A stretch of DNA of 62,346 bases, counting the filler, from Stramenopiles sp. TOSAG23-3 (Eukaryota), in the NCBI GenBank assembly GCA_900128585.1. It is 6 parts of 6 records of this genome, joined end to end, with 100 filler letters (N's around TTAATTAATTAA, not from the genome) between each part and the next. Parts side by side here need not be neighbours in the genome. Positions count along the whole stretch, not along the records: positions 1 to 26,764 come from LT642268.1; 5 more parts are not named here. The stretch is one strand, 5' to 3'. Below the pieces are notes generated by a model. The model was given only the letters and a program-made list of their open reading frames with translations. It ran no database searches and had not been told where the DNA came from. Within the stretch, counting starts at the first letter, position 1. Each line of letters starts with the position of its first letter. The translations under genes were made by a program, and so were the position numbers. Positions 1 to 11,355 of this stretch are shown here, one piece after another.

Positions 1-3000
1 GTTGTTGATAAAACTGAATATTCTGCCGCACTGAAGGTGCAATCGTTCTGCAGAATGGGCAAAGAGAAGAGGAATTTCAAACGAAAGCGTCACTCTGCCA
101 TCAAGATTCAGTCCCAAATTAGGAAACAGTTAGCAACCCGCAACTCAAAGGTTCTGGCAGATATGGCCCCAGTTTTAGCTAGATTGCATGCCGGGATTGT
201 CGAACACCAATCCTTGTACGGCTCCCCGATTAAAGATGTGCAGGATTTATTTTTTAAGATGGACAAAGATGGCGACGGGAAAATATCGTTTGGGGATTTT
301 CGCCAAGGCATGGATAGACTAGACATTGGCATGGCCGATGACCAAATGAAGGCGTTGATGTGGGCTATGAACTCGCATTCGTACTCCAAAGACACAAAAA
401 TAACATTCGACCATTTTTGTAGGAGCATAAAAGTCGGAGAGAGCAAATATGATGCTCTTTCCGAAGCAGCTTCGTTGGCAGCCGAAGCCTTGGATGACAG
501 CGAAAATGACGAAAACGTAACGAAAAATGATACCGCAGCAGAGAACTCGTCAGAGGAAGAAGAAGGCGACGAAATCGACGAGGACGCCATTGATGTAGAA
601 GAAGACGATGAGGTAGACGAAGAGGAATCCGAAGCCGATAACGACGATGATCAAGATGACAGTGTAGAAGGAGAAGAATCAGAGACGGAGGAAGTGAAGC
701 CTGGAAAACACGGAGGCAAAAAAAAGAAAAAGCTCACCGCGCGTCAGAAGCAGCAGTTGAAGGCAAAGGAGGACAGGCAAAAGAGGGCATTAAACGCAAA
801 AAAGAGCAAGAAAAACATCGCGAAAGATAAAAAGAAAGCCGGTTCTAATTCGAAAGCCAGAGATAAGGGCACAGGCACTCCATCGGCGAGGCCGCCTGTT
901 CCGAAAATATACCATGAAGAATTCGAAGTCACGGGGGTTAACGACATGGGTGATAGCCTGAAACGTACCGGATTTGTCCGTCTTTCTAAAGGCAAACTGC
1001 TTAAGCGTATAGAAGACGATGCCAATGATGGTGATGCTTACCGACAGTTGGGGTTCTTATTGCACGAACAAGGTAAGTATAAAGAATCGGTGAAGAAACT
1101 TCAACGTGCTATAGGGATGGGGTATAAAAATGGCCGAGTGTGGCGAACCATGGGGCACTGCTTTTTTGAGCTGAACCAAGTCGACAATGCAAGGGAAGCG
1201 TATGGAAGAGCATTAATGCACAAGTCTAATGACACTTCTCTGTTGATGTTTTATCGCGCTGCTCGAATGGAAATGCGCAGGGGTGAATATGGTGTGGCAA
1301 GAACTTTACTGAGAAAAATAGAGGCTTCCTTGACGAAGTTTAAGGACAAACATTACGTTCTGTTCTCGCTAGGCGTGACGTCATATTTTGAGAAGGATTA
1401 TTCCAAAGCTATTGATTACTTCAAACGCTGCTTAACAGAGAAACCAAAAATTCGAGGAAGCTTCAAACGGGCAGCGTTTTACTGCATGGCAAGGTGTTTT
1501 GAGCTCTTAGAAAAATACACAAACAGAAATAAATATGACAAGTTAGCAGGGAAAGCACTGCCCGTAACCAAGGACGGGGAAGAAGATAGCGGGGACGACA
1601 GTGTCGCAGTATTGTCCGACGATGCAGAGGAACCCGAAGGTCAAAATTTGTTGGATCCGAATGGGGATCAAAATAGAGTTAAAAAGGGAGATTTTCATGT
1701 CACTATTGCTACATTTTTACTGGGTAAATCGTTCTTTGGTTCGGCAATAGTTGCGCTGGATCTAGCCCTGCAATTTTCCAGAACAAATCCAGAGTGGCTC
1801 AGCCGTAAGGCGTTTGCTTTGCATGAGCAAGGGCAGGTCAAAAAAGCTACTAGGGTTGGAGAGCGGGCGCAAAAATTGGCAGTAAAGTCCGGCGATGAAT
1901 GGCGAGCTAATGCTTCCCCATTTTCACCTTCTCTAAAAACTCAATTGCCCGCGTGGCGGCTCGAAGCCGTGCCTCCATCTCCCGATGTTGTGATTTCTTC
2001 ATATTCTCCTCGCTCTAGGCCATCCTCCGCAGGCAGCACGCGCACTGGATCACGCCCATCCTCAGCCGTTCGCCGTGGCAGCCGACCGTCTACTGCTGGA
2101 ACTAATGCAGAAAGTTTTAGGACTCCTCGAGGCGGTTTTCGTTTGAGCGACGAAGACATCGCCCGTTTAGTTGAAGAAGTCTCTAAATCTGTGCTAGCAT
2201 CACAAACGCCAATAAAAGAGAAGCCGAAGGTCATAGAGAAAAAAATTATGGTGCACACAATTGCAACACAAATGACACCGCGTGGTGATTTTGATGAAGG
2301 GTCTGAAGGCAGTCAAGTAGGGAGCGATTTTGCGAGTGAGAACCAAAGCGTTGGAGTGGATGAGCAGAAAACGCCAATGCCCATGGTCGATTCTTGGGTT
2401 GGTCGGTCACAGAAACGCGTAGCTCGTGTTGCAGCATTAGCGGCAAGGGCTACAAAAGCGTTGGCGTCGGCATTGGCTCTCGGAGATGACGATGCAATGG
2501 ATGAGGGTGTGCTAAACGATTTGGAGCACGGGATTCAAAACAGCGGATACCGAACCCCCTCCCGTTCGCCTCGCCCTCTAAATGCCATGTCCAGAACTAG
2601 TGGGGTGGACTCTGCCCCGGACAGTGCAATCTCATCCAGGGCTAGTAACGGCCCACAAAGTCGTCAAATAGTTGCCCCAGTGTCTCCCGTTACACTCGGA
2701 AAAATGCGAGATTCGATTGTCACTGGGCCAGTCACAATCGTAAAATCTAAGCCAAAGACGGAAGACCCAAAAGTAACGGCAACTCGAGAGCTGAAAATCG
2801 CGAAGGCTGTGTTCGACCGTTTGCGCCCAGATGATGACGGTACAATCGACAAGCACTTCTTTCTTGACACTCTTGAGGTCGATTTTGAAATTCAGGAGTT
2901 TATACGCGCTCACAGTTATTCCATGGTACACGCATTGTTCCTGCGGAAGGTGCACTTGAAGACTAATCGGGGCGCCAGTAAGTTTGAGCGAAACAAACGC

Positions 3001-4725
3001 GTTACGTGGGAAGATGTGGAAGACTATTTGGCAAACAAAATTCACACAAGCGCCAAAGGCGCCCGTGTTGACAACGGTGATTCTTACGACCCACGATTTG
3101 CGGGTGATAGCGAGCCTGTCCGGGGGCAAAAAGAACGGGCTGAAATTGCCGCGCGCGAAGCTGCCGAAAAGAAGGCCAAGGCGGATGCTATTGCCAAACG
3201 AGAACAGCTTGCGCTAGAAGCGAAACTTAACGATTGGCCAGACGAGTACAAAGAGCTGGATCCCGCGCCTGGTGAGGTTACGTACGAATCTGTTCAAGCC
3301 AGTGATTTAGACCATAAGATATCTTGGCAGGGTCCCGTCCACAAAAAAGCCGAAGAAGTCTCGGAACCGGTCGATCCGTGGAGAGACCCGATGCTGACGA
3401 AAGAACGTGAAGAGAAACGCCAAACGCTTCTAGCGGACTTAAGTATTGCTAAAACTAATTCCACCCTTCGTGATCTTGAGGCAAAGCAACAAATTGCAAG
3501 AATGGAGGAGGAATTACGTTCAAGAAACATGAAGAGCAAGGCTGCTATGGCAGTAGCAGAAAGAGAGGGTTGCGCTGCTGCTGTGGCTGCCCTTGCATCG
3601 AATGTTGAGGCAGTCACACGAGAGGTCGATAAACACATCACAAATATTGAAGAAAAACTTGCGATGAGACGAGCCCGGCAGGACGCGCGCTCCACATCCT
3701 ATGCACAGCATGTAGCGATGAAGCACGCAACGATAAACCCAGCGACGCAGAAGCAAGAAAAGAAAATATTTGTTGCTGGTGACGATGTAGAAATGAGGAT
3801 GCTTTTCGCTGACTATGAGCACGGCACCAATGTCCGACTAAAAATAAACGAGATCAAAACCGTTCACCCCCATGTTTCGGAAGAAGAAGCATTTTTAGCA
3901 TTGGCCGAAACGGGAGGGGACGTTGATCTTGCAATCGGCAAGCTGACAGATCTCCGTTTTTATAGAGATTTGTCTGCTGTTTCAAATCTCCAGAAGGAGG
4001 CCGAAGCAGGCCAGGTTTTGCATGCAACCTCGACTGCTCTGTCGGACGGCCCGACGGCCCCTGGGCACTCTCGGCATGATGATATGGTGTATAAGAAATT
4101 TCAAATTTTTCGTAAAAGCCAAGAGAAAGCAAACGAGGAAAATGCTCCTGTAGAAAGGTTGGCTGGCAATAAAAGAGTATTGCCGCCGAAAAAGGTAGGG
4201 AAGGGCATTGGCCGAGGTAGTAAGAACAGCAACGATAAAGGTTCTGCATTTAAAACCGCGAAAGCCCTCGCGGAGAGCCCGTACTTGAGCGTCCGCCCCC
4301 GACGAAAAAAGGAGGATCCAAAGAAGAAGCGCCGGAAACCAAAGCGAGGAATGGCCGATGCCCTCCCAGGGCATATCTCTGCCGCTTTGAAAGCAGACAA
4401 CAGGTGGCGTGCTCGCGGAGGCGAACGCCGCCGCATCAACCGACCTGTCGGCCAGGCACCGTCGCTGCGCGCGGCTTCTGGCCATGGTGCACGCGCTGCC
4501 AAATTGCTTCAACACAACAAGGTTTCCAAATACGGTGCTTTTGGCGGAGTAAACCCGACAATTGACAACCCTACCCCTGAATACAAAGCGGTCATATTTG
4601 CGGCAAGTGAACTCAAGCCAATCCCAGCAAAAATATTTGAGTACAAAAGCGAATATCGTGTTATGAAACCTCACACAGGCTCATCCATGAGTGAGGACGT
4701 GCAAGCCCTTAGCAATCTGGCATAA
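1..4725 (+). CDS. Large IQ/EF-hand/TPR-repeat protein with a C-terminal UBA-like helical bundle, 5'-truncated
   Basis: Frame is open from base 1. IQ motifs (AALKVQSFCRMGKEKR, SAIKIQSQIRKQLA), EF-hand DKDGDGKISFGDF, acidic and basic low-complexity tracts, TPR helices (AYRQLGFLLHEQGKYKES, VWRTMGHCFFELNQVDNAREAY), UBA-like HPHVSEEEAFLALAETGGDVDLAIGKL. Confidence 0.8.
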   Translation, partial: VVDKTEYSAALKVQSFCRMGKEKRNFKRKRHSAIKIQSQIRKQLATRNSKVLADMAPVLARLHAGIVEHQSLYGSPIKDVQDLFFKMDKDGDGKISFGDFRQGMDRLDIGMADDQMKALMWAMNSHSYSKDTKITFDHFCRSIKVGESKYDALSEAASLAAEALDDSENDENVTKNDTAAENSSEEEEGDEIDEDAIDVEEDDEVDEEESEADNDDDQDDSVEGEESETEEVKPGKHGGKKKKKLTARQKQQLKAKEDRQKRALNAKKSKKNIAKDKKKAGSNSKARDKGTGTPSARPPVPKIYHEEFEVTGVNDMGDSLKRTGFVRLSKGKLLKRIEDDANDGDAYRQLGFLLHEQGKYKESVKKLQRAIGMGYKNGRVWRTMGHCFFELNQVDNAREAYGRALMHKSNDTSLLMFYRAARMEMRRGEYGVARTLLRKIEASLTKFKDKHYVLFSLGVTSYFEKDYSKAIDYFKRCLTEKPKIRGSFKRAAFYCMARCFELLEKYTNRNKYDKLAGKALPVTKDGEEDSGDDSVAVLSDDAEEPEGQNLLDPNGDQNRVKKGDFHVTIATFLLGKSFFGSAIVALDLALQFSRTNPEWLSRKAFALHEQGQVKKATRVGERAQKLAVKSGDEWRANASPFSPSLKTQLPAWRLEAVPPSPDVVISSYSPRSRPSSAGSTRTGSRPSSAVRRGSRPSTAGTNAESFRTPRGGFRLSDEDIARLVEEVSKSVLASQTPIKEKPKVIEKKIMVHTIATQMTPRGDFDEGSEGSQVGSDFASENQSVGVDEQKTPMPMVDSWVGRSQKRVARVAALAARATKALASALALGDDDAMDEGVLNDLEHGIQNSGYRTPSRSPRPLNAMSRTSGVDSAPDSAISSRASNGPQSRQIVAPVSPVTLGKMRDSIVTGPVTIVKSKPKTEDPKVTATRELKIAKAVFDRLRPDDDGTIDKHFFLDTLEVDFEIQEFIRAHSYSMVHALFLRKVHLKTNRGASKFERNKRVTWEDVEDYLANKIHTSAKGARVDNGDSYDPRFAGDSEPVRGQKERAEIAAREAAEKKAKADAIAKREQLALEAKLNDWPDEYKELDPAPGEVTYESVQASDLDHKISWQGPVHKKAEEVSEPVDPWRDPMLTKEREEKRQTLLADLSIAKTNSTLRDLEAKQQIARMEEELRSRNMKSKAAMAVAEREGCAAAVAALASNVEAVTREVDKHITNIEEKLAMRRARQDARSTSYAQHVAMKHATINPATQKQEKKIFVAGDDVEMRMLFADYEHGTNVRLKINEIKTVHPHVSEEEAFLALAETGGDVDLAIGKLTDLRFYRDLSAVSNLQKEAEAGQVLHATSTALSDGPTAPGHSRHDDMVYKKFQIFRKSQEKANEENAPVERLAGNKRVLPPKKVGKGIGRGSKNSNDKGSAFKTAKALAESPYLSVRPRRKKEDPKKKRRKPKRGMADALPGHISAALKADNRWRARGGERRRINRPVGQAPSLRAASGHGARAAKLLQHNKVSKYGAFGGVNPTIDNPTPEYKAVIFAASELKPIPAKIFEYKSEYRVMKPHTGSSMSEDVQALSNLA

Positions 4726-5669
4726 CAATAAATCAATATCGAACAGCGTTGCCTTTGGTAGTCTTCTTTTCTATCGAAATATGTACTGACTTATATATAT
4801 GAAGTATTTTTTTCCCAGAAAAAGACGTTAGGCGATATCGATTATTTGTATAGTTTTATATTTTAATATGTATACTAATAATAGATAAATACCTATCAAA
4901 AGAATTGAATCTATATTTCAAGGGATCAATCACTTTATATAAATATACTATTGGTAGCAGAGCAAATTAGTCGTCTAAAGCCTCCTCGTAAAGCAAACAG
5001 GCACAGTAGAAAGAAAATTCTGATAATTTTAATAACATGCAAATACAATCGTTCAAAATGGTATTATCAGTGTCCTTTTATTTTTCTAGTTGTCCTCTAT
5101 TTCATCATATTATATCATTCTTCATTCTTTTCTCCGTCCACCTAATTAATATAAAAAAAATTAATACATTATAAATAGATATAATAATATACTACTGTAT
5201 GATATTATTATTATAAAAGAAGAAGCCTTTTTTTAAATCCGTCGTCCTTCATTCTTCCTTTTTTAATGCTATGCAATGTTTAAATAAATTGATTTTTTAT
5301 ATTGGGACTTCCTTGTTGTGTGGTTGTTCGTTTTGCTACTTTTTATTTTAATCTACTACAGTATTACTACGTCGTAAACTATAATATTATTATTATTATT
5401 TTTTTTTTATAATAAAAAATAATATTTTTCTTCTTTTATTATATTATAATATATAGTACCGTAGTAGTCTATATTATTATTATTAATTATTATGTAAAAT
5501 AGATATTAAAAACATATTCAGATGAATGAATGAACAAACTCTAGTCACGTATCTAAATAGTAATTGGAAAGACGTAAAGTTGGACAGACTGTTCCCGTAC
5601 ATCAAAATATATGCACAGATAATTTTAGTCATTCATATTTAGTTTTGGTTGTAGTCGCTATTGGCAAAC

Positions 5670-8600
5670 ATGCAACACAATCCATCCCCACATAACTCGC
5701 CGCACATAGGTGCACAGAGTAACCCCCAAACGGCCCAGCTGCTTCACATCGAAGATTTGTGCAACAAAGTATTCGGCAATAGTTCGCCCAGTGAAAAGCA
5801 CCAGGCGCAAGAGGAATTGAACAAACTCCAAACTTCTACGGAAAATATACCCATTTGCCAGTACCTTTTGGGAAACTCCGAGAACCCGTACGTTATCGTT
5901 GTTGCCAGCCAGGCTCTCACCTCGCTGATCACTTCGCACTGGAACAACTTCACCTCTGAGCAGCGGATCGTGGTACGGAACTATATTCTTGATTATTTGG
6001 CAACTAAGGGGCCTAAACTAGAGGCGTTTGTGACACAGTACCTCGTAAAATTGCTGTGTCGCATCACCCGTTTAGGCTGGTTTGACGATCCCAAGCACCA
6101 GCAGCTTGCAGAGGAGTGCGAGAAGTTTTTGTCGGCCACAGTGCAACATTGTGTCATCGGTCTTCGTATTTTAATCCAGCTAGTATCTGGTATGAACATT
6201 CTGCTCCCTGGGTCTACGATGTCAGAACATAGAAAACATGCGGTGTCATTTCGGGATATGTCTCTTCTCAAAGTTTTCAAAGTCGCGATCCAAATGCTGC
6301 AGTCTTTGTTTAAAGGCGGTGTTCAAGCCTCCCCAGAAGACAAACAAAAGCTGACGAATTATGCAGTTGATTTAGGAATCGAATGCTTGAACTTTGACTT
6401 TATTGGGATGCGATCGGACGAGTCCGCCGATGACAACGATGCAATACAAGTGCCCATCTCATGGCGCCCTTTGTTTCTAGACCCAGCGTATATGAAAGTA
6501 ATGGTAGACTTATACAAAGGCACGAGGCCACCGATTTCGTCGAAAGCGATGGAGCTCTTGATGCTATGGAGCTCGTGCCGCCGGTCGATTTTTGTGAAGG
6601 AAGCCGACCGGTCGGAATTTTTGGATAGAATTTTGGCAGTCCTCATTGATATCATGAAGAATGCCATCAATTTAAACGATGAGGATAATTATCACAGTTT
6701 TTGCCGTTTGCTGGGTAGAATGAAAAACACGTATCAGCTGAATGAGCTACTTCGTGCGAAAGGGTGGAGCGAATTCATTCAGCTAGTTACTGAGTTTTCC
6801 GTCACGAGTTTTCAGCAATGGCAATGGTCCCAAAACAGCACCCATTACATCTTGTACCTCTGGAGCCGGCTGGTTTCTGTGACACCGTTTGTCCGCGCGT
6901 CTCAAACGCTCGTGCAGCCGCTGCTCGAAGAGTACTCCCCCCGTATTTTTGAAAGCTACGTTGATGCGCGTCTCCAATCTGCCGTGGACTGCTCGAACGA
7001 CCCTGGTTTAGAAAACCCACTTGATAATGAAGAACAAATACAAGAGCAGCTGGAACAATTACCGAACATTACCAGGTACCAGTACGAGAAGTGTGGCCAG
7101 TTTCTGAAATCCCGGTTCGACCCAATAGCCCAATCGTACCACCAGGCCATCACGACCAGCCAACACCCTGGCCAGTTGGCATTGTACGAATGCCAGCTGG
7201 CTTGGCTGACGTATATCCTAGGCGCGCAGCTGGGTGGCCACATGACGATGGCGTCTACTGGAAGAGAGGGGCATGAAAAGACGGACGCGCTGATTGGGGA
7301 GGGGGTCTTTCGGCTGATGCAAATAGTAGACCAACGGCTGGTGTCGACGAATGGCGCAGGGAAATGTGATGCTAGGCTAGAGCTCTCGCTTATGTATTTT
7401 TTTCAAGAATTTAGACGCTGCTACATCGGAGAACACCATGGAATGCCTTCCGAGGCCGAGATGGAAGCTATCAAGGCGAAGAAAGAGAAAGCAGCAATGG
7501 GGGCGAACGATTCACTCGATAGCTCGGATGACGAAGCAAATATGGAAAGACCATCTACGACACGAAAGAGCACGGCCGAAAGGAAAAGGGCAATGTATTT
7601 ACGAATGTTTGAGCTTATGGGCCTTGGCGATCACCGGGTGGTAGTCAATATGCTAGTCACCAAGGTGTGCAACAACATGAAATTCTGGGCCGATGACAAA
7701 GAGGTCATTGGCCGTTCGCTGGACGTCTTCTTTTGGTTGAGCGCTGGGTATGGAAGTGGACGCTTTATGTTGACCCTTGATGCTGTCAAGTACCTGTTAA
7801 CTCACCACACCGGCGAATTCCTGCCATTTCTAGACCTGCCAGAGAACACGCGACACAGGACCTCGTTCTACAAAACGCTAGCCCGGTTGGTCTTTCTCGG
7901 GGACTACCACAATTTACTGATGCCATTTATGGAGCCCATATTGAATGTGCTTGTCCAGTTGCGCAGCACGTCCAATTACCGCCAAGAAAACGTGAAACGT
8001 GCCATCATAAACGTCTCCCGAGACATGCGAGGTGTACTGCAATCGTCTACAAACAAGCGCACATATTCGCTGCTCTTTGACTGCCTGTACCCCGCGTACA
8101 TGCCCGTTTTTTCGCGCGCCGCCGATACATGGTTTGACACCCCAGAGGTCATGAACCCACTCTTAAAGTTTTACGCGGAACTAGTCCGCAACAAGTCGCA
8201 GCGTATCAATTTTGGCGAATCCTCCGCAAACGGAATATTGCTTTTTCGAGAAGCAAGTTCTCTTGTGTGCATGTATGGTTCAAAACTTTTGCAGATGCCA
8301 GCGTCACAAGACGCTACCGAGCTGTACAAGACGCGATACAAAGGTATCGGCTTGTCTCTGAATATTATCTCTGCGTGCCTGATAGGCTCGTACGTTAATT
8401 TTGGCGTCTTTGAACTTTACAACGACCCGGCCCTCTCAAATGCATTAAACATATCAATGAAGCTGATGTTGTCCATCCCCCTGCCAGAAGTCATGGCCTA
8501 CCCGAAAGTTACCCGTTCATATTTTACCTACATTGAGGTCTTGTTCAGAAACCAGTTGGAGACCATCGTGAAAGTTCCTACGGAAACGTTTTTGAGAATG

Positions 8601-9065
8601 ATACAAGCACTGCAAGAGGGGCTCCTCTCTCTCGATGGCACTGTCTCTGTATACTGTGCCAGCACCATCGATCATTTGGCGTCGTTTCAGTTTCGCGTCT
8701 CTCGTCGAAACAAACCAGAGGCCATTGCCTTGCAACAACACCTGGCTTCTTGCCCAAACATTTTTACTGGATTTCTGACGACGCTTTTCAAAAAGCTCTT
8801 GTTTGACGGAGCAGAAAGTTACTGGTCGCTGAGCCGCCCAGTATTGAGCATTATCCTAGCAAACGACCAGGCGTTCGAACAGGCCAAACAGTATTTAGCT
8901 GCTACGCAACCACCCCAAAACCACCCAAAAATGAAAGCCGAATTTGACAAACTGCTGATCGATGTCGATCGCAACCTGGAACCGACGAATCGAGACAGGT
9001 TCACGCAGCGTATCACGGCAATGAGAAATGAATTGAAAAAGCTTTTGATTAGACCCAATCAATAA
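5670..9065 (+). CDS. XPO7: Exportin-7 / RanBP16 family nuclear transport receptor
   Basis: Importin-beta N-terminus; XPO7-typical motifs RITRLGWFD, HRKHAVSFRD, HSFCRLLGRMKNTYQLNEL, SANGILLFRE, YVNFGVFELYND, NRDRFTQ. First in-frame ATG is at 5670. Confidence 0.95.
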   Translation: MQHNPSPHNSPHIGAQSNPQTAQLLHIEDLCNKVFGNSSPSEKHQAQEELNKLQTSTENIPICQYLLGNSENPYVIVVASQALTSLITSHWNNFTSEQRIVVRNYILDYLATKGPKLEAFVTQYLVKLLCRITRLGWFDDPKHQQLAEECEKFLSATVQHCVIGLRILIQLVSGMNILLPGSTMSEHRKHAVSFRDMSLLKVFKVAIQMLQSLFKGGVQASPEDKQKLTNYAVDLGIECLNFDFIGMRSDESADDNDAIQVPISWRPLFLDPAYMKVMVDLYKGTRPPISSKAMELLMLWSSCRRSIFVKEADRSEFLDRILAVLIDIMKNAINLNDEDNYHSFCRLLGRMKNTYQLNELLRAKGWSEFIQLVTEFSVTSFQQWQWSQNSTHYILYLWSRLVSVTPFVRASQTLVQPLLEEYSPRIFESYVDARLQSAVDCSNDPGLENPLDNEEQIQEQLEQLPNITRYQYEKCGQFLKSRFDPIAQSYHQAITTSQHPGQLALYECQLAWLTYILGAQLGGHMTMASTGREGHEKTDALIGEGVFRLMQIVDQRLVSTNGAGKCDARLELSLMYFFQEFRRCYIGEHHGMPSEAEMEAIKAKKEKAAMGANDSLDSSDDEANMERPSTTRKSTAERKRAMYLRMFELMGLGDHRVVVNMLVTKVCNNMKFWADDKEVIGRSLDVFFWLSAGYGSGRFMLTLDAVKYLLTHHTGEFLPFLDLPENTRHRTSFYKTLARLVFLGDYHNLLMPFMEPILNVLVQLRSTSNYRQENVKRAIINVSRDMRGVLQSSTNKRTYSLLFDCLYPAYMPVFSRAADTWFDTPEVMNPLLKFYAELVRNKSQRINFGESSANGILLFREASSLVCMYGSKLLQMPASQDATELYKTRYKGIGLSLNIISACLIGSYVNFGVFELYNDPALSNALNISMKLMLSIPLPEVMAYPKVTRSYFTYIEVLFRNQLETIVKVPTETFLRMIQALQEGLLSLDGTVSVYCASTIDHLASFQFRVSRRNKPEAIALQQHLASCPNIFTGFLTTLFKKLLFDGAESYWSLSRPVLSIILANDQAFEQAKQYLAATQPPQNHPKMKAEFDKLLIDVDRNLEPTNRDRFTQRITAMRNELKKLLIRPNQ

Positions 9066-9484
9066 GCGAGAGGTTCTTCAGTTTGAGGTACGAAGTAAGA
9101 TCTATAAAAAAAATCAAAATGCATAATATCTTACGTTCTTTTTTTAAGTTTAAGATTTAAAAAAAAAAATTATATAACATAGTAGGTCTAGTATTGTTTT
9201 TTAACATATGATAAGTATGAATATGTTTTAAGACTCTCATTTTAAATCGATTTTTTAAAAATTGTAAAATATAAATTAAGGTGGAAATGATAACGGAATA
9301 AACTTTTTCTTGTGTTAAAACGAAAACTGAACCACCGAAATACTCTATCTAATCATTTTTTTGTTCTCTACGAGATAAGTTCTATGCTTTCCATGCTTAC
9401 CAGAGGACGCAGCCCTTTCCCCACCATGAATTTCTCCACTAGAGCACCTTAAGTCGCACTACTTTTCGCGACATGGTTGACGCG

Positions 9485-9757
9485 TCAAAAACCAAAACCA
9501 CCTCCGTTGACAATTTCAACTTCAAACTCGCCGTTTACTTCCTTTACCTCAAACGTTTTCATTGAGCACAAATCTCCACTGCACAAGACAAGCTTTACAC
9601 TCTTCCCAGAAGCAGTATCCTGAACTTGCTGTACTCCGCTGCAATAAAACGCTTTCCCCTCCTGGGCGTTGAATTTCTCAACACACGCGATTACCATTGC
9701 TTTTTGTTCTTCGGGCACGTTCGCCTCGTCGGATATAAATTCACTTTTAGACGACAT
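9485..9757 (-). CDS. Small 90-aa hypothetical protein (helix followed by beta-strands, CSGDLC motif)
   Basis: ATG in AAAATG context, coding-like GC against AT-rich flanks, natural amino-acid composition. Confidence 0.7.
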   Translation of the reverse strand: MSSKSEFISDEANVPEEQKAMVIACVEKFNAQEGKAFYCSGVQQVQDTASGKSVKLVLCSGDLCSMKTFEVKEVNGEFEVEIVNGGGFGF

Positions 9758-10524
9758 TTTCGTAGCTATTGATGGGACAAAATAAAGCCGGGAGTTTTGT
9801 TGCTGCTATTTTAGGGTTGATTCTGATTTGATTTCATTTCCTGTGAAAAATGGCAAATCCTCTACTCTAAACTTGTGGTATTTGTCCATAATATATTATA
9901 AAATATAAAAAAAAAAAATATAAAATATATAATTAATCATATCATATCATCATCCTCCGTTTTTTCACTGACTGTGTAATAATAATACACCACTGCTGCT
10001 GCTCTCCGTCGTATTATTATTTCTACACAGTGTATTAATACCGGTACCGGGTCGGGTAGGTATTTTTTTTAAATAAATGAAGAAAGAATGAGAAGAAGAA
10101 GAAGAAGTAACATTTAACTTAAAATTAATAATATTCTATAATAACAAAGTGTGTTGTGTTGTTTTGTGTGCTGCTGCTTGCTGTGGCGGATTTGGCATTT
10201 GTTTGCTTCTCTAATAGTTTACTACACCACCTAGTATTATTTTATTATAAAATTAAAAAAATAATTATATCCTTCTTTCTTCTCCTTCCTCCCCCCTTTG
10301 TTCCTTCTTCTTCTTCGTCGTCCTCCTCCCCTCGTTGGTGGTGGTGGTGGTGGTGGTGAGGTATTTTTTCGTCATATTATAATTTTGTTTTTTTTGTACA
10401 ATATTTGGCACGTTTAATAAAAGTGTATCTGAATTTTTCTTCTTTCGATCTTATTTCGTAGTAGAAAAAGGAAAGACACTGTTTTGCTTGACTGAGTGTG
10501 CTGTATTTTGAAAAAGATTTGGTC

Positions 10525-11355
10525 ATGAATAGACGACAGGTTCAGACTTTTCCCGCGACGTTTGCTTTTTTTGCCTTGCTGGGCCTTGCCCTGCTTGGCA
10601 GTTCCAGGGGCGCGCAGTATATAAACTATGACAATGCACAAGATATCGTCCTGAGCTTGAAGCACACCATGGGTAGGGCAAAAGTAGCGGCAGAAAGTAA
10701 GCCGATAAAGTCTAGCGATGCCCTCAAGTACATTAAACAGATGCAAACCATTTTAAAAGACTGGGCAACCCACATCGTCAAATCTACGGACGAAAACGGG
10801 AAGCCAAAAGTGGACAAAGCAGCGGCGCGCGACGAAGAAATTGAGTTCAGTTACAACGCGACGTTTATCCCAGAAAAATGTTCAACGGTTACTGTCGAGG
10901 GAAGCCGTGCAAAAGTCCATTATGTAGGAAAGTTGATGAGAAATAATAAGGTTTTTGATAGCTCGTTTCATACTGGGTCTATGCCCCTACGTTTCACCAT
11001 CGGTGATGGCGATGGTAAAGTACCCGGGTGGGACAAAGGAACGTTGGGTATGTGCAAAGGCGAGCGGCGGAATCTTTTCGTGCCATACGCAGACGGATAC
11101 GGTGAAACAGGAAGTGGCAGTGTGCCCCCTTATTCAAATCTGAAGTATACGCTCGAATTAGTCGAGTTTTCTGGACCTAGTGGCGCGTCGTCTGAAACAC
11201 GAACGCCGACCACCACAAAGAAGCCTGAAACGGACGAAACCAAGATCGAAGAACCAGAGGCACCGTCTGGTGGGGAAAAGAGGAAGAAAAGGAAGAAAAA
11301 AAAGAAGAACAGGAAGAAAAAGAAGAAGCGTGGGGGAAAGAAGGATGAACTATGA
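10525..11355 (+). CDS. ER-luminal FKBP-type peptidyl-prolyl isomerase
   Basis: Signal peptide FAFFALLGLALLGSSRG; FKBP core VHYVGKL...FDSS...GWDKGTLGMCKGERRNLFVPYADGYG...VPPYSNLKYTLEL; Lys-rich tail ending in KDEL. Confidence 0.92.
   Translation: MNRRQVQTFPATFAFFALLGLALLGSSRGAQYINYDNAQDIVLSLKHTMGRAKVAAESKPIKSSDALKYIKQMQTILKDWATHIVKSTDENGKPKVDKAAARDEEIEFSYNATFIPEKCSTVTVEGSRAKVHYVGKLMRNNKVFDSSFHTGSMPLRFTIGDGDGKVPGWDKGTLGMCKGERRNLFVPYADGYGETGSGSVPPYSNLKYTLELVEFSGPSGASSETRTPTTTKKPETDETKIEEPEAPSGGEKRKKRKKKKKNRKKKKKRGGKKDEL

Noticed and set aside
9340-9487. Selenocysteine readthrough of the 90-aa ORF's TGA
   Set aside because: Readthrough adds only 11 residues, and no AUGA-AA-GA SECIS fold was found downstream.
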